From positions 2,112,001 to 2,176,000 of the forward strand of contig CAVTTN010000002.1 of assembly GCA_963737655.1 (NCBI GenBank): a stretch of DNA of 64,000 bases. The letters are read 5' to 3'. The position numbers were made by a program, and so were the translations under genes. Below are positions 30,313 to 40,200 of the stretch, in pieces. This DNA comes from an uncultured Planctomycetota bacterium (GTDB lineage: Bacteria > Planctomycetota > Planctomycetia > Isosphaerales > Isosphaeraceae). Below the pieces are notes generated by a model that saw only the letters and a program-made list of their open reading frames with translations, ran no database searches and was not told the DNA's origin. The number at the start of each line of letters is the position of its first letter. Position 1 is the first letter of the stretch.

Positions 30313-30399
30313 GGGTGGCATGCTCACGTCTTCGTGAGCATGTGTTCGGCCAGGACTTCGGGACGTAGGCATGCTCACGAAGACGTGAGCATGCCACCC
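30313..30399. repeat. REP-like perfect 30-bp inverted doublet
   Basis: gggtggcatgctcacgtcttcgtgagcatg (30313-30342) and exact reverse complement (30370-30399). Confidence 0.9.
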
Positions 30400-30510
30400 A
30401 GGATGGTTTCGTCCGGGCCTCTGCTCCGCCCGGCGCCCGGATCTTTGCCTTTCGCCCCGAGAGTCCCGGAGGCTAGAATCGTCGCGTCCTGGACCGTGAG
30501 GGGGCACGCG

Positions 30511-31578
30511 ATGGCTCGGGGAGAGGTTCGGATCGGGATCGTCGGCGCCGGGTCGATCGCGAGGAAACGGCACCTGCCGGGCTTCCGCGCGATCCCGGGC
30601 GTCCGCGTGATGGGGGTTTGCAACTCGCGTCGGGAGTCGTCCAACCGGGTGGCCCGGGAGTACGACATCCCCAAGATCTTCGGGAGCTGGGAGCACCTCG
30701 TCGAAGATGCGGACATCGACGCCGTGGTGATCGGGACGTGGCCCTACTTGCATTGCCCGATCACCCTGGCGGCCCTGGATGCCGGCAAGCACGTCCTCAC
30801 CCAGGCGAGGATGGCGATGAACGCCCGCGAGGCCCAGAGGATGCTGGACCGCTCCCGGGAATGCCCCGCCCAGACGACGATGGTCGTCCCCAGCCCCTAT
30901 GGCCTCGTGGGTGAGGAGTTCGTTCGGTCGTTGATCGACGACGGGTTCCTCGGCCACCTGCGAGAGGTCCACGTCACGGGCCGATCCTCGGCGCTGGCCG
31001 ACCCCAAGTCGCCGCTTTCGTGGCGGCAGATCACGAAATACTCCGGGTTCAACATGCTGAACCTGGGCATCCTGTACGAGTCGGTCCTCCGCTGGGTGCC
31101 GCCGGCCGACCGCGTCCTGGCCCACGCCTCGAAGCTGATCCCCAAGCGGCTGGACCCCGAGACGGGCAAGGCCGCTCGGGTGGGGACGGCCGACCATGTG
31201 GGCGTCCTCACGGGCCAGGAAGACGGCTCGGTCGGGGTGTACCGGCTCAGCGGGGTGGTCCTCCACGGCGAGGAGATGACCGTCGAGCTCTTCGGATCGG
31301 CCGGGTCCTTGCGATACGACCTCATCCGCGACGAGCTCTTCGGGGCGAAGAAAGACCAGGCCGAACTTCAACCGATGGCGATTCCCGAGGCCCGGCGAGG
31401 GGGTTGGAACGTCGAGGCGGAGTTCATCGGGGCGATCCGGGGGGAGAACCCGGTGGTCCACACCGACTTCCTCACCGCGGCCCGCTACATGCAATTCACC
31501 GAGGCCGTGGCCAGGAGCTCCCGGCACCAGCAGCCGGTGGGCCTGCCCCTGAAGGAGTTCTCCAACCCGAGCCTGTGA
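30511..31578 (+). CDS. Gfo/Idh/MocA family oxidoreductase
   Basis: VRIGIVGAGSIA Rossmann motif; DIDAVVIGTWPYLH; ALDAGKHVL. Confidence 0.92.
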   Translation: MARGEVRIGIVGAGSIARKRHLPGFRAIPGVRVMGVCNSRRESSNRVAREYDIPKIFGSWEHLVEDADIDAVVIGTWPYLHCPITLAALDAGKHVLTQARMAMNAREAQRMLDRSRECPAQTTMVVPSPYGLVGEEFVRSLIDDGFLGHLREVHVTGRSSALADPKSPLSWRQITKYSGFNMLNLGILYESVLRWVPPADRVLAHASKLIPKRLDPETGKAARVGTADHVGVLTGQEDGSVGVYRLSGVVLHGEEMTVELFGSAGSLRYDLIRDELFGAKKDQAELQPMAIPEARRGGWNVEAEFIGAIRGENPVVHTDFLTAARYMQFTEAVARSSRHQQPVGLPLKEFSNPSL

Positions 31579-31584
31579 CACGTT

Positions 31585-33387
31585 CTAGGCGACGGACGAG
31601 GCCAGCCCGACCCCTTCCTGGGCCGTCTCGGGCTTCGTGGCGGGTCCGGCGTCGTCCTCGGAGTCCTCGGCCGGCATCCGCCCGAGGCATCGGTTGAACG
31701 TGGCCAGCGTGAGCAGGTACAGGATCGCCGCGACGCTGAAATAGGCGAGCATCCAGAACGTGGCCCAGGGGAGCTGATGCTTCCACGCCCGGATCTGGTG
31801 ATCGTTGTCCCCCAGGATCATCGAGCTGGTGTAGGCCAGGCCCATCCACGGGCTGGCCGAGGCCAGGCCCAGCCCCACGAACTCCTGGCCGGGTCCGCCG
31901 CCGGGCCGGATCACCAGCATCGCCGTGAAGAGCCACCCGACGGTCATCAAGACGTACAGGGTGACCGTCGTCCCCACGGCTCGGCCCAGGCGCTTCATCC
32001 AGGTGGCCAGCGCCAGGCCCAGGCTGGTCAGCGTGGCCCCGTAGGAGAGCGTCAGCCCGAACATCAGGAACGGCGAGATCCAGCGCATCCCGTCATCCAT
32101 GACGGACTTGCCATGCCAGGCGTTGTTCAGGACGGCCGCGGCGCACATCGTCGCCGGCAGGAGCGCCAGCCAGGGCACGCCCCGGAACGTCCCCCACCAT
32201 TTGCCCCAGACGATGCTCCGGGTATTCAACGGCGTGGCGAGCAGGACGTCCAGGCTCCCCCGGACCCGCTCCTCGGCCAGCGCCGTGGCGGAGGAGACGC
32301 TCATCAGCAGCAGCCCCAGCGACACGCCGAAGCCGTTGACGAAGATCATCGCCCCTTCCTCGGAATTCCGGCTGTTCTGCCAGATCAGGAACAGCCCGAA
32401 GCCCAGCGCCACCACGGCCGACGACACGTAGACCATCCAGATCACGCGGGTCCAGATCGACGGCCTCCGCCGGTGCCACTCCCTCCAGGCCACCGGGTTG
32501 CCGTCGAGCGTCGGGCCGTAGAACGGCAGATGGAGCCGCCGACGCTTGCGGACCCGCTTCTTCCTCGGCCCGTCCCCCTGGTGAGTCGCCACCCGCCGGA
32601 CCTTCCTCGTCGCCAGCGCCGCCAGCCCGGCCGACACGACCAGGCAGCCGAGGAAGAACAGGAGGTGCTCATGGATCGGCACCGCCCCGGGTGGTGCGGA
32701 GACGATGATCCCGTAGGGATTGAGCTTCAAGAGGAAGCCAGGCGGCTCGCTGACGTGACCCGGGATCATCATGTGGACCATCCACCAGCCCGGGGAGAAG
32801 CCGATCCACACGAGCAGGACGAGGTAGGTCGCCATGATGACCTCGTGCGTCTTCCCCGCCCAGACCGAGAAGCACAGCGCGAGCGTCCCGGCCAGGATCG
32901 CCACGCCCAGGGTCACGAGGAACGCGCCGCCGAGGGCCATCGGGTCCACGCCGCCCATCAGCGTCGAGAGCGAGGTGATCCCCAGCGTGCTGAGGACCAG
33001 GCCGATCGCCGGGATCAGCCTCGCCGCCAGCTTCCCCAGGACGATCTCCGCGTCCGTGAGGTCGGTCATCAACAGATGGGTGAGCGTCCCGCGTTGCTTG
33101 TCCAGGCAGATCGCCCCGGCCGTCGCCGCCGGGGCGGCCAGCAAGATCAGGCTCAACTGGGTGGCGATGATCGCCGCGGAGAACGCCCGGCCCGCCTCGG
33201 CCTGCTGGCGGATCGAGCTGGGAGGCGCGGCCCCGTAGTAATACTGCTGACGGCTGTTCGAATAGGCGACCATCGCCAGGATCGCCAGCAGCCCCAGCCC
33301 GAAGGCCGACCGCAAGGCGTAGACCTGTTTCTTCCGGGAGGTCGTCAGCCACTCGAACGCGAAGACCGGCCCGAGCCCAATGCGCAT
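31585..33387 (-). CDS. ABC-2 type transporter permease with two tandem permease domains
   Basis: GPVFAFEW start; CLDKQRGTLTHLLMTDL...IVLGKL and AEERVRGSLDVLLATPL...IVWGKW; about 12 TM segments. Confidence 0.85.
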   Translation of the reverse strand: MRIGLGPVFAFEWLTTSRKKQVYALRSAFGLGLLAILAMVAYSNSRQQYYYGAAPPSSIRQQAEAGRAFSAAIIATQLSLILLAAPAATAGAICLDKQRGTLTHLLMTDLTDAEIVLGKLAARLIPAIGLVLSTLGITSLSTLMGGVDPMALGGAFLVTLGVAILAGTLALCFSVWAGKTHEVIMATYLVLLVWIGFSPGWWMVHMMIPGHVSEPPGFLLKLNPYGIIVSAPPGAVPIHEHLLFFLGCLVVSAGLAALATRKVRRVATHQGDGPRKKRVRKRRRLHLPFYGPTLDGNPVAWREWHRRRPSIWTRVIWMVYVSSAVVALGFGLFLIWQNSRNSEEGAMIFVNGFGVSLGLLLMSVSSATALAEERVRGSLDVLLATPLNTRSIVWGKWWGTFRGVPWLALLPATMCAAAVLNNAWHGKSVMDDGMRWISPFLMFGLTLSYGATLTSLGLALATWMKRLGRAVGTTVTLYVLMTVGWLFTAMLVIRPGGGPGQEFVGLGLASASPWMGLAYTSSMILGDNDHQIRAWKHQLPWATFWMLAYFSVAAILYLLTLATFNRCLGRMPAEDSEDDAGPATKPETAQEGVGLASSVA

Positions 33388-33663
33388 GACGGAACCCCCT
33401 CGCCTTCCCGGCCGAGTCGAGACCATCCCACGACGGAGATTCGTCCCTGGCTCCGATTTCTTCTAACGAAATCGTTGGGAGACCGCCAGGGGATGCCGCG
33501 AAAAGACGGCCGATCGGCCGGGGCCCGGCGGCCGGGCCGTTGGCGTCACGGACGAGGATTCCTCGGAAGCGATTTGCTCGGCACCGGGTCCGAAGCTCTA
33601 ACCCGCACCACTCAAGACCCTTGCGGCGTCCGGAACTGGTGACCGCCCTGCGCCTTGACCCGA

Positions 33664-33692
33664 TTGACGGTCCCTCGCCGCCCGCCTAAACT
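33664..33692 (+). promoter_or_regulatory. Putative sigma70 promoter
   Basis: TTGACG (33664-33669), 17-nt spacer, TAAACT (33687-33692), upstream of the small ORF and TMEM14 gene. Confidence 0.6.
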
Positions 33693-33735
33693 AGGGCCTG
33701 ATCCGCTCGAACCCGTTCTCGATGCATGACTTGCC

Positions 33736-33849
33736 ATGTTCCGCTGGCCCGATCGCTTGCTGACGGTCCTCCTGGCGTATGGCCTGGTCTTCGTGGGCTT
33801 CCCCGCCCTGTGCGTCCTGAGCTATCTGTGGGTCACGGGCGCCCTTTGA
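33736..33849 (+). CDS. Small single-pass membrane protein (37 aa)
   Basis: Hand translation MFRWPDRLLTVLLAYGLVFVGFPALCVLSYLWVTGAL; GC-rich third positions; lies between the promoter and TMEM14. Confidence 0.55.
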   Translation: MFRWPDRLLTVLLAYGLVFVGFPALCVLSYLWVTGAL

Positions 33850-33875
33850 ACGAACGACCTTCGCCGGGAGAAACG

Positions 33876-34220
33876 ATGACACCGAGCCTCGTGATGGCCG
33901 CCCGGATCGCCCTGGGCGTGTATGCGGGCCTGCTCGGGGTCGGCGGCGCGATCGGATTCCGGAAGGCGGGGAGTCGGCCCTCGTTGATCGCCGGGGTGGT
34001 CAGCGGACTGGTGGCGGCCGGGGCCCTGGGCTTGACGTTCGTCGGCCCCTCGATGATCGGCCCCGGGCTGATCCTGGGCGCGGTCCTTTCCCTGGCGATG
34101 CTCGCCGTCTTCGCGATCCGCTTGAAGAAGACCGGGAAGTTCATGCCCTCGGGCCTCCTGCTCGGGGCGAGCGGCCTCATACTCGTCCTGATGGCCCTCG
34201 CCCTGATCCCCACCGCCTGA
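33876..34220 (+). CDS. TMEM14/FAX-family small membrane protein
   Basis: YAGLLGVGGAIGFRKAGSRPSLIAG...RLKKTGKFMPSGL are TMEM14 hallmarks. Confidence 0.88.
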   Translation: MTPSLVMAARIALGVYAGLLGVGGAIGFRKAGSRPSLIAGVVSGLVAAGALGLTFVGPSMIGPGLILGAVLSLAMLAVFAIRLKKTGKFMPSGLLLGASGLILVLMALALIPTA

Positions 34221-34260
34221 GCCGGTCCGAGCCCCGGCGACCCGTCCGAAAAAAACGCGC

Positions 34261-34290
34261 GGAACTCCGGTCGCCGTCCGGGGTTTCTTG
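34261..34290 (+). terminator. Possible intrinsic terminator
   Basis: ggaactccgg-tcgccgt-ccggggtttc hairpin followed by tt, downstream of TMEM14. Confidence 0.35.
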
Positions 34291-34379
34291 GGATGTATGG
34301 CCGCTCGGAAGACGAGGGGCCAGGGCGCCGACCGGGCCGGGCTCGGCCCGATCCCCCCTCGCGAAAGGACGATCCGGCG

Positions 34380-36239
34380 ATGACCCGACTCCTGGATTCC
34401 CGCAGGGCCCTGTGGGCGCCCTGGCCGCGGCCCTCGCCCTCGGGGCCGCCCCGGAAGACGCCAAGACGGCCGCGCCGACCGTCACTCCGACGCCGACCAA
34501 GGCCCAGATCCAGGAGGCCCGCGCCGTCCTCCGCGACTTCCTCGAACTCTCCGCCGCGCTCGACAAGGAGAAAGGCAAGGGCGGAAAGGCCGCCCCCAAG
34601 GAGCTCACCGACGCCGAGCTCCTCCAGAAGGCCGCCCGACCGGCCCGGACCGTCCGCAAGACCTCGCTGGAGCCGGCCGAGATCGACGCCCTCCTGGAGA
34701 AGACGTACGAGGCCGCGAAGGTCGTCCCCGCCAAGATCACGGGCGACGAGGAGTTCATCCGCCGCGTCTCGCTCGACGTGACCGGCAAACTCCCCCCGCC
34801 CGCCGCCGTCCTCGCCTTCCGCCAGAGCCGCGACAAGAACAAGCGGGCCGAGCTGATCGACGCCCTCCTCGCCAGCCCGGACTACGCGACGAACTGGGCC
34901 CGCTACTTCAAGGACGTCGTCCAGTACCACGCCACCACCGGCAACCCCGCGCTGGTCCGGTTCGCGAAGCTGGAAGACTGGCTGGCCGAACAGTTCGCCA
35001 GGAACCGGCCGTGGGACGAGATCGCCGCCGAGATGATCACGGCCGTCGGCAACACCGGCCAGGACGGCGCGACGGTCTTCCCCGCCGCCCACATGGGCCA
35101 GGCCGTCGAGATCGCCGGCGAGGTCTCCCGGGTCTTCCTCGGCGTGCAGATCCAGTGCGCCCAGTGCCACGACCACCCGAGCGACCCGTGGAAGCGCGAG
35201 CAATTCCACGAGTTCGCCGCGTTCTTCTCCGGCCTCCAGGCCCGCCGCAACCCCAGCGTCGAGAACGGCCCGAGCCTGGACGTCCTCGACCGCAAGGGGA
35301 ACGTCGGCTACAAGATGCCGGACCTGAAGGACCCGAACAAGCAGATCCCCGTCGAGCCGAAATTCTTCCTGGCCAGCTCCTCGGGCCCCCTGCCGGCGAA
35401 CCTCTCGGCCGCCCAGCGGCGGAAGCTCGCCGCCTCCTACGTGACCGGCCAGGACAATCCCTGGTTCGCCAGGGCGTTCGTCAATCGGGTCTGGTACGCC
35501 CTGGTCGGCGAAGGGTTCTACAGCCCGGTGGATGACCTCGGCCCGACCCGCGAAAGCCGGGCCCCGGAGGTCCTCGACAAGATCGCCGGCGAATTCTCCG
35601 CCTCGGGGTACGACGTCCGCTGGCTGTTCCGCACGATCCTCAACACCAAGGCGTACCAGCGCGAGTTCCGCTCGATCACCACGTCGGCCGGCCGCACCCC
35701 GTTCGCCGCCAATTGCCCGAGCCGGCTCCGGGCCGACCAGATCATGGACGCCCTGGGCCAGGCCCTGGCCATCAACTTCGACCCCGCCGGGATCGTCAAC
35801 AAGAAGGGGACCGTGACCAAGGGGGCCAAGGCCGAGAAGACGCCGGAGCCTCAGACCCCCCAGCAGAAGCTCGCCGCCGTGATGGCCCGGTTCCGAGGGG
35901 CCCCGCGCCGGGTTCAACCAGACCTTCGGCGTCGATCCGTCGATCCCCAACGAGGACGTCCTGGGCACGATCCCCCAGGCCCTGTTCCTCATGAACAGCC
36001 CGGTGATCGAGAACGCGATCCGGGGCAAGAACTCGGTCCTCGCCGAGATCCTCGCGAATAGCCCGAACGAGAGGGTCGCGCTCGAAGCGGTGTACCTCCG
36101 AGTCCTCGCCCGATCCCCGACCGCCGACGAGGTCCGCACCTGCGGCCAGTACCTCCAGAAGGTCGGCAACCGCCGCGAGGCGTTCGAGGACATCCTCTGG
36201 GCCCTGGTCAACTCGACCGAGTTCCTCAGCCGCAAGTAG
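34380..36239 (+). CDS. DUF1549/DUF1553 domain protein; two frameshifts (~34415, ~35899)
   Basis: DEEFIRRVSLDVTGKLP, FLGVQIQCAQCHDHP, NPWFARAFVNRVW; after the shift FNQTFGVDPS...TIPQALFLMNSP...EDILWALVNSTEF. Confidence 0.88.
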
Positions 36240-36321
36240 GGTGCATGAACTGCACCATCCGGGTTCACAAGACACGCCGGCGATCGGGCCCGACCGACAC
36301 ATCGGTGGAGGACCCTCCACC
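36236..36321. repeat. Degenerate GTAG-type REP pair overlapping a stop codon
   Basis: gtagggtgcatgaactgcacc at 36236 and ggtggaggaccctccacc at 36304-36321. Confidence 0.5.
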
Positions 36322-36335
36322 CCAGGGAGACTCTC

Positions 36336-37628
36336 ATGCTCGACCAGAAGACGATCGTGAAGGTCGCGATGAACGGCCAGGGGGTCCTGGGTCGTCGCGG
36401 ATTCCTGAAGGGGATCGGCCTGGGCGCGGCCGGGCTGATGGGCCTGAGCTTCACCGACCTCATGGCCGTCCACGCCGACGAGATCCGCAAGAGGCAGATG
36501 GCCTGCATCCTCCTCTGGATGGGCGGCGGGCCCAGCCAGTTCGAGACGTTCGACCCCAAGCCCGACCACAAGAACGGCGGCGAGACCGCCACGATCGAAA
36601 CCGCCGTGCCCGGCATCCGCATCGCCAGGGGCTGGGAGAAGACCGCCGCCGCGATGAAGGACATCGCCCTGGTCCGCTCGATGACCAACAAGGAAGGCAA
36701 CCACCAGAGGGCCACGTACCAGCTCCACACCGGCTACGCCCCGACCGGCACGGTGAAGCACCCGAGCTTCGGCTGCAACGTGGCCGCCGAGCTCGGCGAC
36801 CCGAAGTTCGACCTGCCCCACATCGTCAGCATCGGCGGCTCGCCCGTGGGAGCGGGCCTCCTGGGCGTGGCGTACGAGCCCTTCAACATCGGCGACGCGA
36901 CCAAGCCGCCCACCAACGTGAACCCGCCGGTCGGTCGCGAGCGGTTCTCCCGCCGCCTCGACCTGATGGCCGACCTGGAGCGCGAGGGGTTCTCCCGGAC
37001 CGGCGGGATCGACCGCGTGAAGGAGCATCACGCCGTCTACAAGCAGACCAAGAACATGGTCCTCTCCCCCCGGATGAAGGCGTTCGACCTGGAGAGCGAG
37101 GCCTCGCCGGTCCGCGACGCCTACGGCCGCAACCCGTTCGGCCAGGGCTGCCTGCTGGCCCGGAGGCTCGTCGAGGCCGGCGTCACGTTCGTCGAGGTCC
37201 GTTCCAACGGCTGGGACATGCACCAGAAGGTTCATGAGAACATGGAGAAGAACGCCGGGAACGTCGATCCCGGGTTCGCCACGCTCGTGACCGACCTGAA
37301 GACCCGGGGGATGCTCGACCGGACCCTGGTGATCTGGATGGGCGAGTTCGGCCGGACCCCGAAGGTCAACCCCAACGCCGGCCGGGACCACTTCCCCAGG
37401 GTCTTCAACGTCGCCCTGGCCGGCGGAGGCATCAAGGGAGGCCAGGTCATCGGCGCCTCCTCGGCCGACGGCACCGAGGTCAAGGAACGCCCCGTGACCG
37501 TCAATGACCTGCTCGTCTCCTTCTGCGAGTCGATGAAGATCGACCCTCGCAAGGAGAACATGAGCTCGCTCGGACGGCCGATCAAGGTCGTCGACGGCGG
37601 GGCCGTGGTGAAAGAACTCTTCGCCTGA
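36336..37628 (+). CDS. DUF1501 domain protein with Tat signal
   Basis: GRRGFLK; CILLWMGGGPSQFETFDPKP; YGRNPFGQGCLLARRLVE; GEFGRTPKVN; GRDHFP. Confidence 0.95.
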   Translation: MLDQKTIVKVAMNGQGVLGRRGFLKGIGLGAAGLMGLSFTDLMAVHADEIRKRQMACILLWMGGGPSQFETFDPKPDHKNGGETATIETAVPGIRIARGWEKTAAAMKDIALVRSMTNKEGNHQRATYQLHTGYAPTGTVKHPSFGCNVAAELGDPKFDLPHIVSIGGSPVGAGLLGVAYEPFNIGDATKPPTNVNPPVGRERFSRRLDLMADLEREGFSRTGGIDRVKEHHAVYKQTKNMVLSPRMKAFDLESEASPVRDAYGRNPFGQGCLLARRLVEAGVTFVEVRSNGWDMHQKVHENMEKNAGNVDPGFATLVTDLKTRGMLDRTLVIWMGEFGRTPKVNPNAGRDHFPRVFNVALAGGGIKGGQVIGASSADGTEVKERPVTVNDLLVSFCESMKIDPRKENMSSLGRPIKVVDGGAVVKELFA

Positions 37629-37639
37629 GGTCTTGAAGA

Positions 37640-37902
37640 TCGATGGCGGAGGAGGGGGAAATGAACCGCCAAGACGCCAAGATCGCCAAGGGCAGAAGAG
37701 AGGAAGAGGAGGAAGAAATCGAGAGGAAGAGGATCGAAACGCAGATGACGCAGATTTCTAAATGCAATTCGCTTTCAAATCTGCGTCATCTGCGTTTGAA
37801 CTCCCGCTTCCTCTCCTATTCGCTCTCTCCCCTCTCTTCCTCTCCTCTGCCCTTGGCGATCTTGGCGTCTTGCCGGTTCATCTCCCCCTCCTCCGCCATC
37901 GA
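37640..37902. repeat. 263-bp nested inverted-repeat element (MITE/REP-like)
   Basis: 69-bp outer arms (37640-37708 / 37834-37902, 3 mismatches) and a perfect 21-bp inner IR (37737-37757 / 37777-37797). Confidence 0.9.
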
Positions 37903-37967
37903 AGGCTCGAGAGAATGATCTCCCCCCAATGGTTCCGCCGGGCGGTCCGGGCGATTAGAATGCCGGG

Positions 37968-39341
37968 ATGGTCACTCCCCGCCCCGATGGATCGCCCGGG
38001 CGTCCCCAGGTCGTCGCGATCGGAGCCGGTTTCGCCGGCCTGGCCGCGATCCGAGGGCTGAAGCGCGCGCCGGTCGACATCACGGTGATCGATCGATCGA
38101 ATCACCACCTGTTCCAGCCCTTGCTGTACCAGGTGGCCACGGCCGCCCTCAATCCGTCGGACATCGCCGCGCCGATCCGGCGGATTCTTCGCGACCAGGC
38201 GAACGCCGAGGTGCTCCTGGGCGAGGTCTCGGGGATCGATGTCGAGGCCCGGGCCGTGGTGATGGCCGATGGCCGCGTCCCGTACGATTTCCTGATCCTC
38301 GCCACCGGCGCGACCCACTCGTATTTCGGCCGGGACGACTGGGAGGAGTTCGCCCCGGGCCTCAAGAGCCTCCAGGACGCCCTGGAGATCCGCCGACGGG
38401 TGCTCTCGGCCTTCGAGGTCGCCGAGCGCGAGGCGGACGAGGCCGAGAAGCGGAAGTGGCTCACGTTCGTCGTCGTCGGCGCCGGCCCGACCGGCACCGA
38501 GCTCGCCGGGACGCTCGTCGAGGTCGCCCGCTACACCCTCGCCCGCGACTTCCGCCGGATCGACCCGGCCGCGGCCCGGGTCGTCCTCCTGGAAGGGACC
38601 GACCGCGTCCTCCCGGCCTACGTCGAGCCGCTCTCCGAGAGCGCCCGGAAGCAACTGGAGAAGCTCGGCGTCGAGGTTCGCACCGGAACCCGCGTGACCG
38701 GCATCGACGACGACGGCGTGACCGTGGGAGACGGCGAACGGATCGAGGCGAAAACGGTCGTTTGGGGCGCAGGAGTGGCGGCGAGTCCCCTGGCCCGGTC
38801 GCTCGGAGTCCCCCTGGACCGCGCCGGTCGCGTGATCGTCCGGCCGGACCTGACCGTCCCGGGCCATCCCGAGATTTTCGTGATCGGCGACCTCGCCAGG
38901 ATCGATTCCGACGGCAAGCCGGTCCCCGGCGTCGCCCCGGCGGCCATGCAGATGGGCGGCTTCGTGGCCGATGAACTGAGGAGGAGGCTCAAGGGGCAGC
39001 CCGGTCGGCCGTTCCGCTACCGGGACAAGGGGATGCTCGCGACGATCGGCCGTGGGGCGGCCGTGGCCGACCTGGGCGGGTGGAAGGTCTCGGGCTATCC
39101 GGCGTGGCTCCTCTGGCTGTTCATCCACATCTTCTTCCTGATCGGTTTCCGCAACCGGGTGCTGGTGATGATCCAGTGGGCCTGGGCGTATTTCACGTAT
39201 GACCGGGGCGCCCGATTGATCACGGGACGAGTCCGGGGCCGATTGGTCGAGGGCCTCACGGCCGACCCTCTCCCGCCGGCCTCGCCGACGCCGCCCGACC
39301 CGATCGCCCCCGTCTCCGCCTCGACCGGACGCCCCTCATGA
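37968..39341 (+). CDS. ndh: Type II NADH dehydrogenase (NAD(P)/FAD-dependent oxidoreductase)
   Basis: IGAGFAGL, HHLFQPLLYQVAT, VVVGAGPTGTELAG, IFVIGD, YRDKGMLATIGR, WLFIHIFFLIGFRNR. Confidence 0.93.
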   Translation: MVTPRPDGSPGRPQVVAIGAGFAGLAAIRGLKRAPVDITVIDRSNHHLFQPLLYQVATAALNPSDIAAPIRRILRDQANAEVLLGEVSGIDVEARAVVMADGRVPYDFLILATGATHSYFGRDDWEEFAPGLKSLQDALEIRRRVLSAFEVAEREADEAEKRKWLTFVVVGAGPTGTELAGTLVEVARYTLARDFRRIDPAAARVVLLEGTDRVLPAYVEPLSESARKQLEKLGVEVRTGTRVTGIDDDGVTVGDGERIEAKTVVWGAGVAASPLARSLGVPLDRAGRVIVRPDLTVPGHPEIFVIGDLARIDSDGKPVPGVAPAAMQMGGFVADELRRRLKGQPGRPFRYRDKGMLATIGRGAAVADLGGWKVSGYPAWLLWLFIHIFFLIGFRNRVLVMIQWAWAYFTYDRGARLITGRVRGRLVEGLTADPLPPASPTPPDPIAPVSASTGRPS

Positions 39342-40186
39342 CCGATCGCGATGCCCTGATCCGCCAGGTCCTCCAGAGGCTCGACTCGCTCCGCCGGGCC
39401 GGGCTGGACCGCATGCCGCGCCCTCCCGTGTTCGCCCCCTCGCCCCTCGTCGCCCCGCCGGTTCGAGAACCCGAGCCGATCGCCGAACGCCCCCGGCCGA
39501 CGATCGCCGCCGCATCCCCGCCGCGATCGGCCGCGTCGCCTCCGATCCTGGCCTCCTCGCTGTTCGGAGAACCCGAGCTCGCCGGCCCGAAGGTGGACGC
39601 CTCCGATCGTCCGGCCCTGCTCGCGGCCCTGGCGGCCGAGGTCGCGGCGTGCGAAAAATGCCCCTTGCTCGCCCCGACCCGGACCCAAACCGTCTTCGGC
39701 GAAGGCAGCCCGACCCCCCGCTTGATGTTCATCGGCGAGGCCCCGGGCCAGACCGAGGACGAGACCGGCCGCCCGTTCGTCGGCAAGGCGGGCCTGTTGT
39801 TGACCGACATGATCACCAAGGGGATGGGGCTGAAGCGCGAAGACGTCTACATCGCCAACATCCTGAAGTCCCGCCCCCCGGGCAACCGCGACCCTCTGCC
39901 CGAGGAGACCCGCAACTGCCTGCCGTTCCTCGAACGCCAGATCGCGATCCTCCGCCCCGAATTCCTCTGCATCCTGGGCAAACCGGCGTCGCAAGCCCTC
40001 CTCGAAACCGCCATGCCCCTGGGGAGGCTCCGGGGCAAGTGGCACTCGTACCGAGGAATCCCGGCGATCGTCACCTGGCACCCGGCCTACCTGCTCAGGA
40101 ACCCGGCGTCCAAGAAAGAGACGTGGGACGACCTGCAAATGCTGATGAAGCGGATGGGGATCAAGCCGCCGGAGCGGAAATCCTAG
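39338..40186 (+). CDS. Uracil-DNA glycosylase family 4
   Basis: CEKCPL, FIGEAPG, GRPFVGKAG, YIANILKSRPPGNRDP, TWHPAYLLRNP. Confidence 0.93.
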   Translation: MTDRDALIRQVLQRLDSLRRAGLDRMPRPPVFAPSPLVAPPVREPEPIAERPRPTIAAASPPRSAASPPILASSLFGEPELAGPKVDASDRPALLAALAAEVAACEKCPLLAPTRTQTVFGEGSPTPRLMFIGEAPGQTEDETGRPFVGKAGLLLTDMITKGMGLKREDVYIANILKSRPPGNRDPLPEETRNCLPFLERQIAILRPEFLCILGKPASQALLETAMPLGRLRGKWHSYRGIPAIVTWHPAYLLRNPASKKETWDDLQMLMKRMGIKPPERKS

Positions 40187-40200
40187 AGAGGGGGCCGGCC

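Noticed and set aside
30313..30399. Possible CRISPR repeat-spacer-repeat
   Set aside because: The two copies are inverted, not direct; there are only two and no cas genes.
30334..30510. N-terminal extension of the Gfo/Idh/MocA ORF
   Set aside because: Runs through the REP element; the Rossmann fold starts at ATG 30511.
153..37160. Near-identical ~50-bp stretches at ~153-202 and ~37110-37159 (and the GEFGRTP regions)
   Set aside because: Explained by conserved motifs in two DUF1501 paralogs with strong codon bias; not a mobile repeat.
37582..38061. Short ORFs over the nested palindrome
   Set aside because: Low-complexity translations of the repeat arms, mirrored on both strands.
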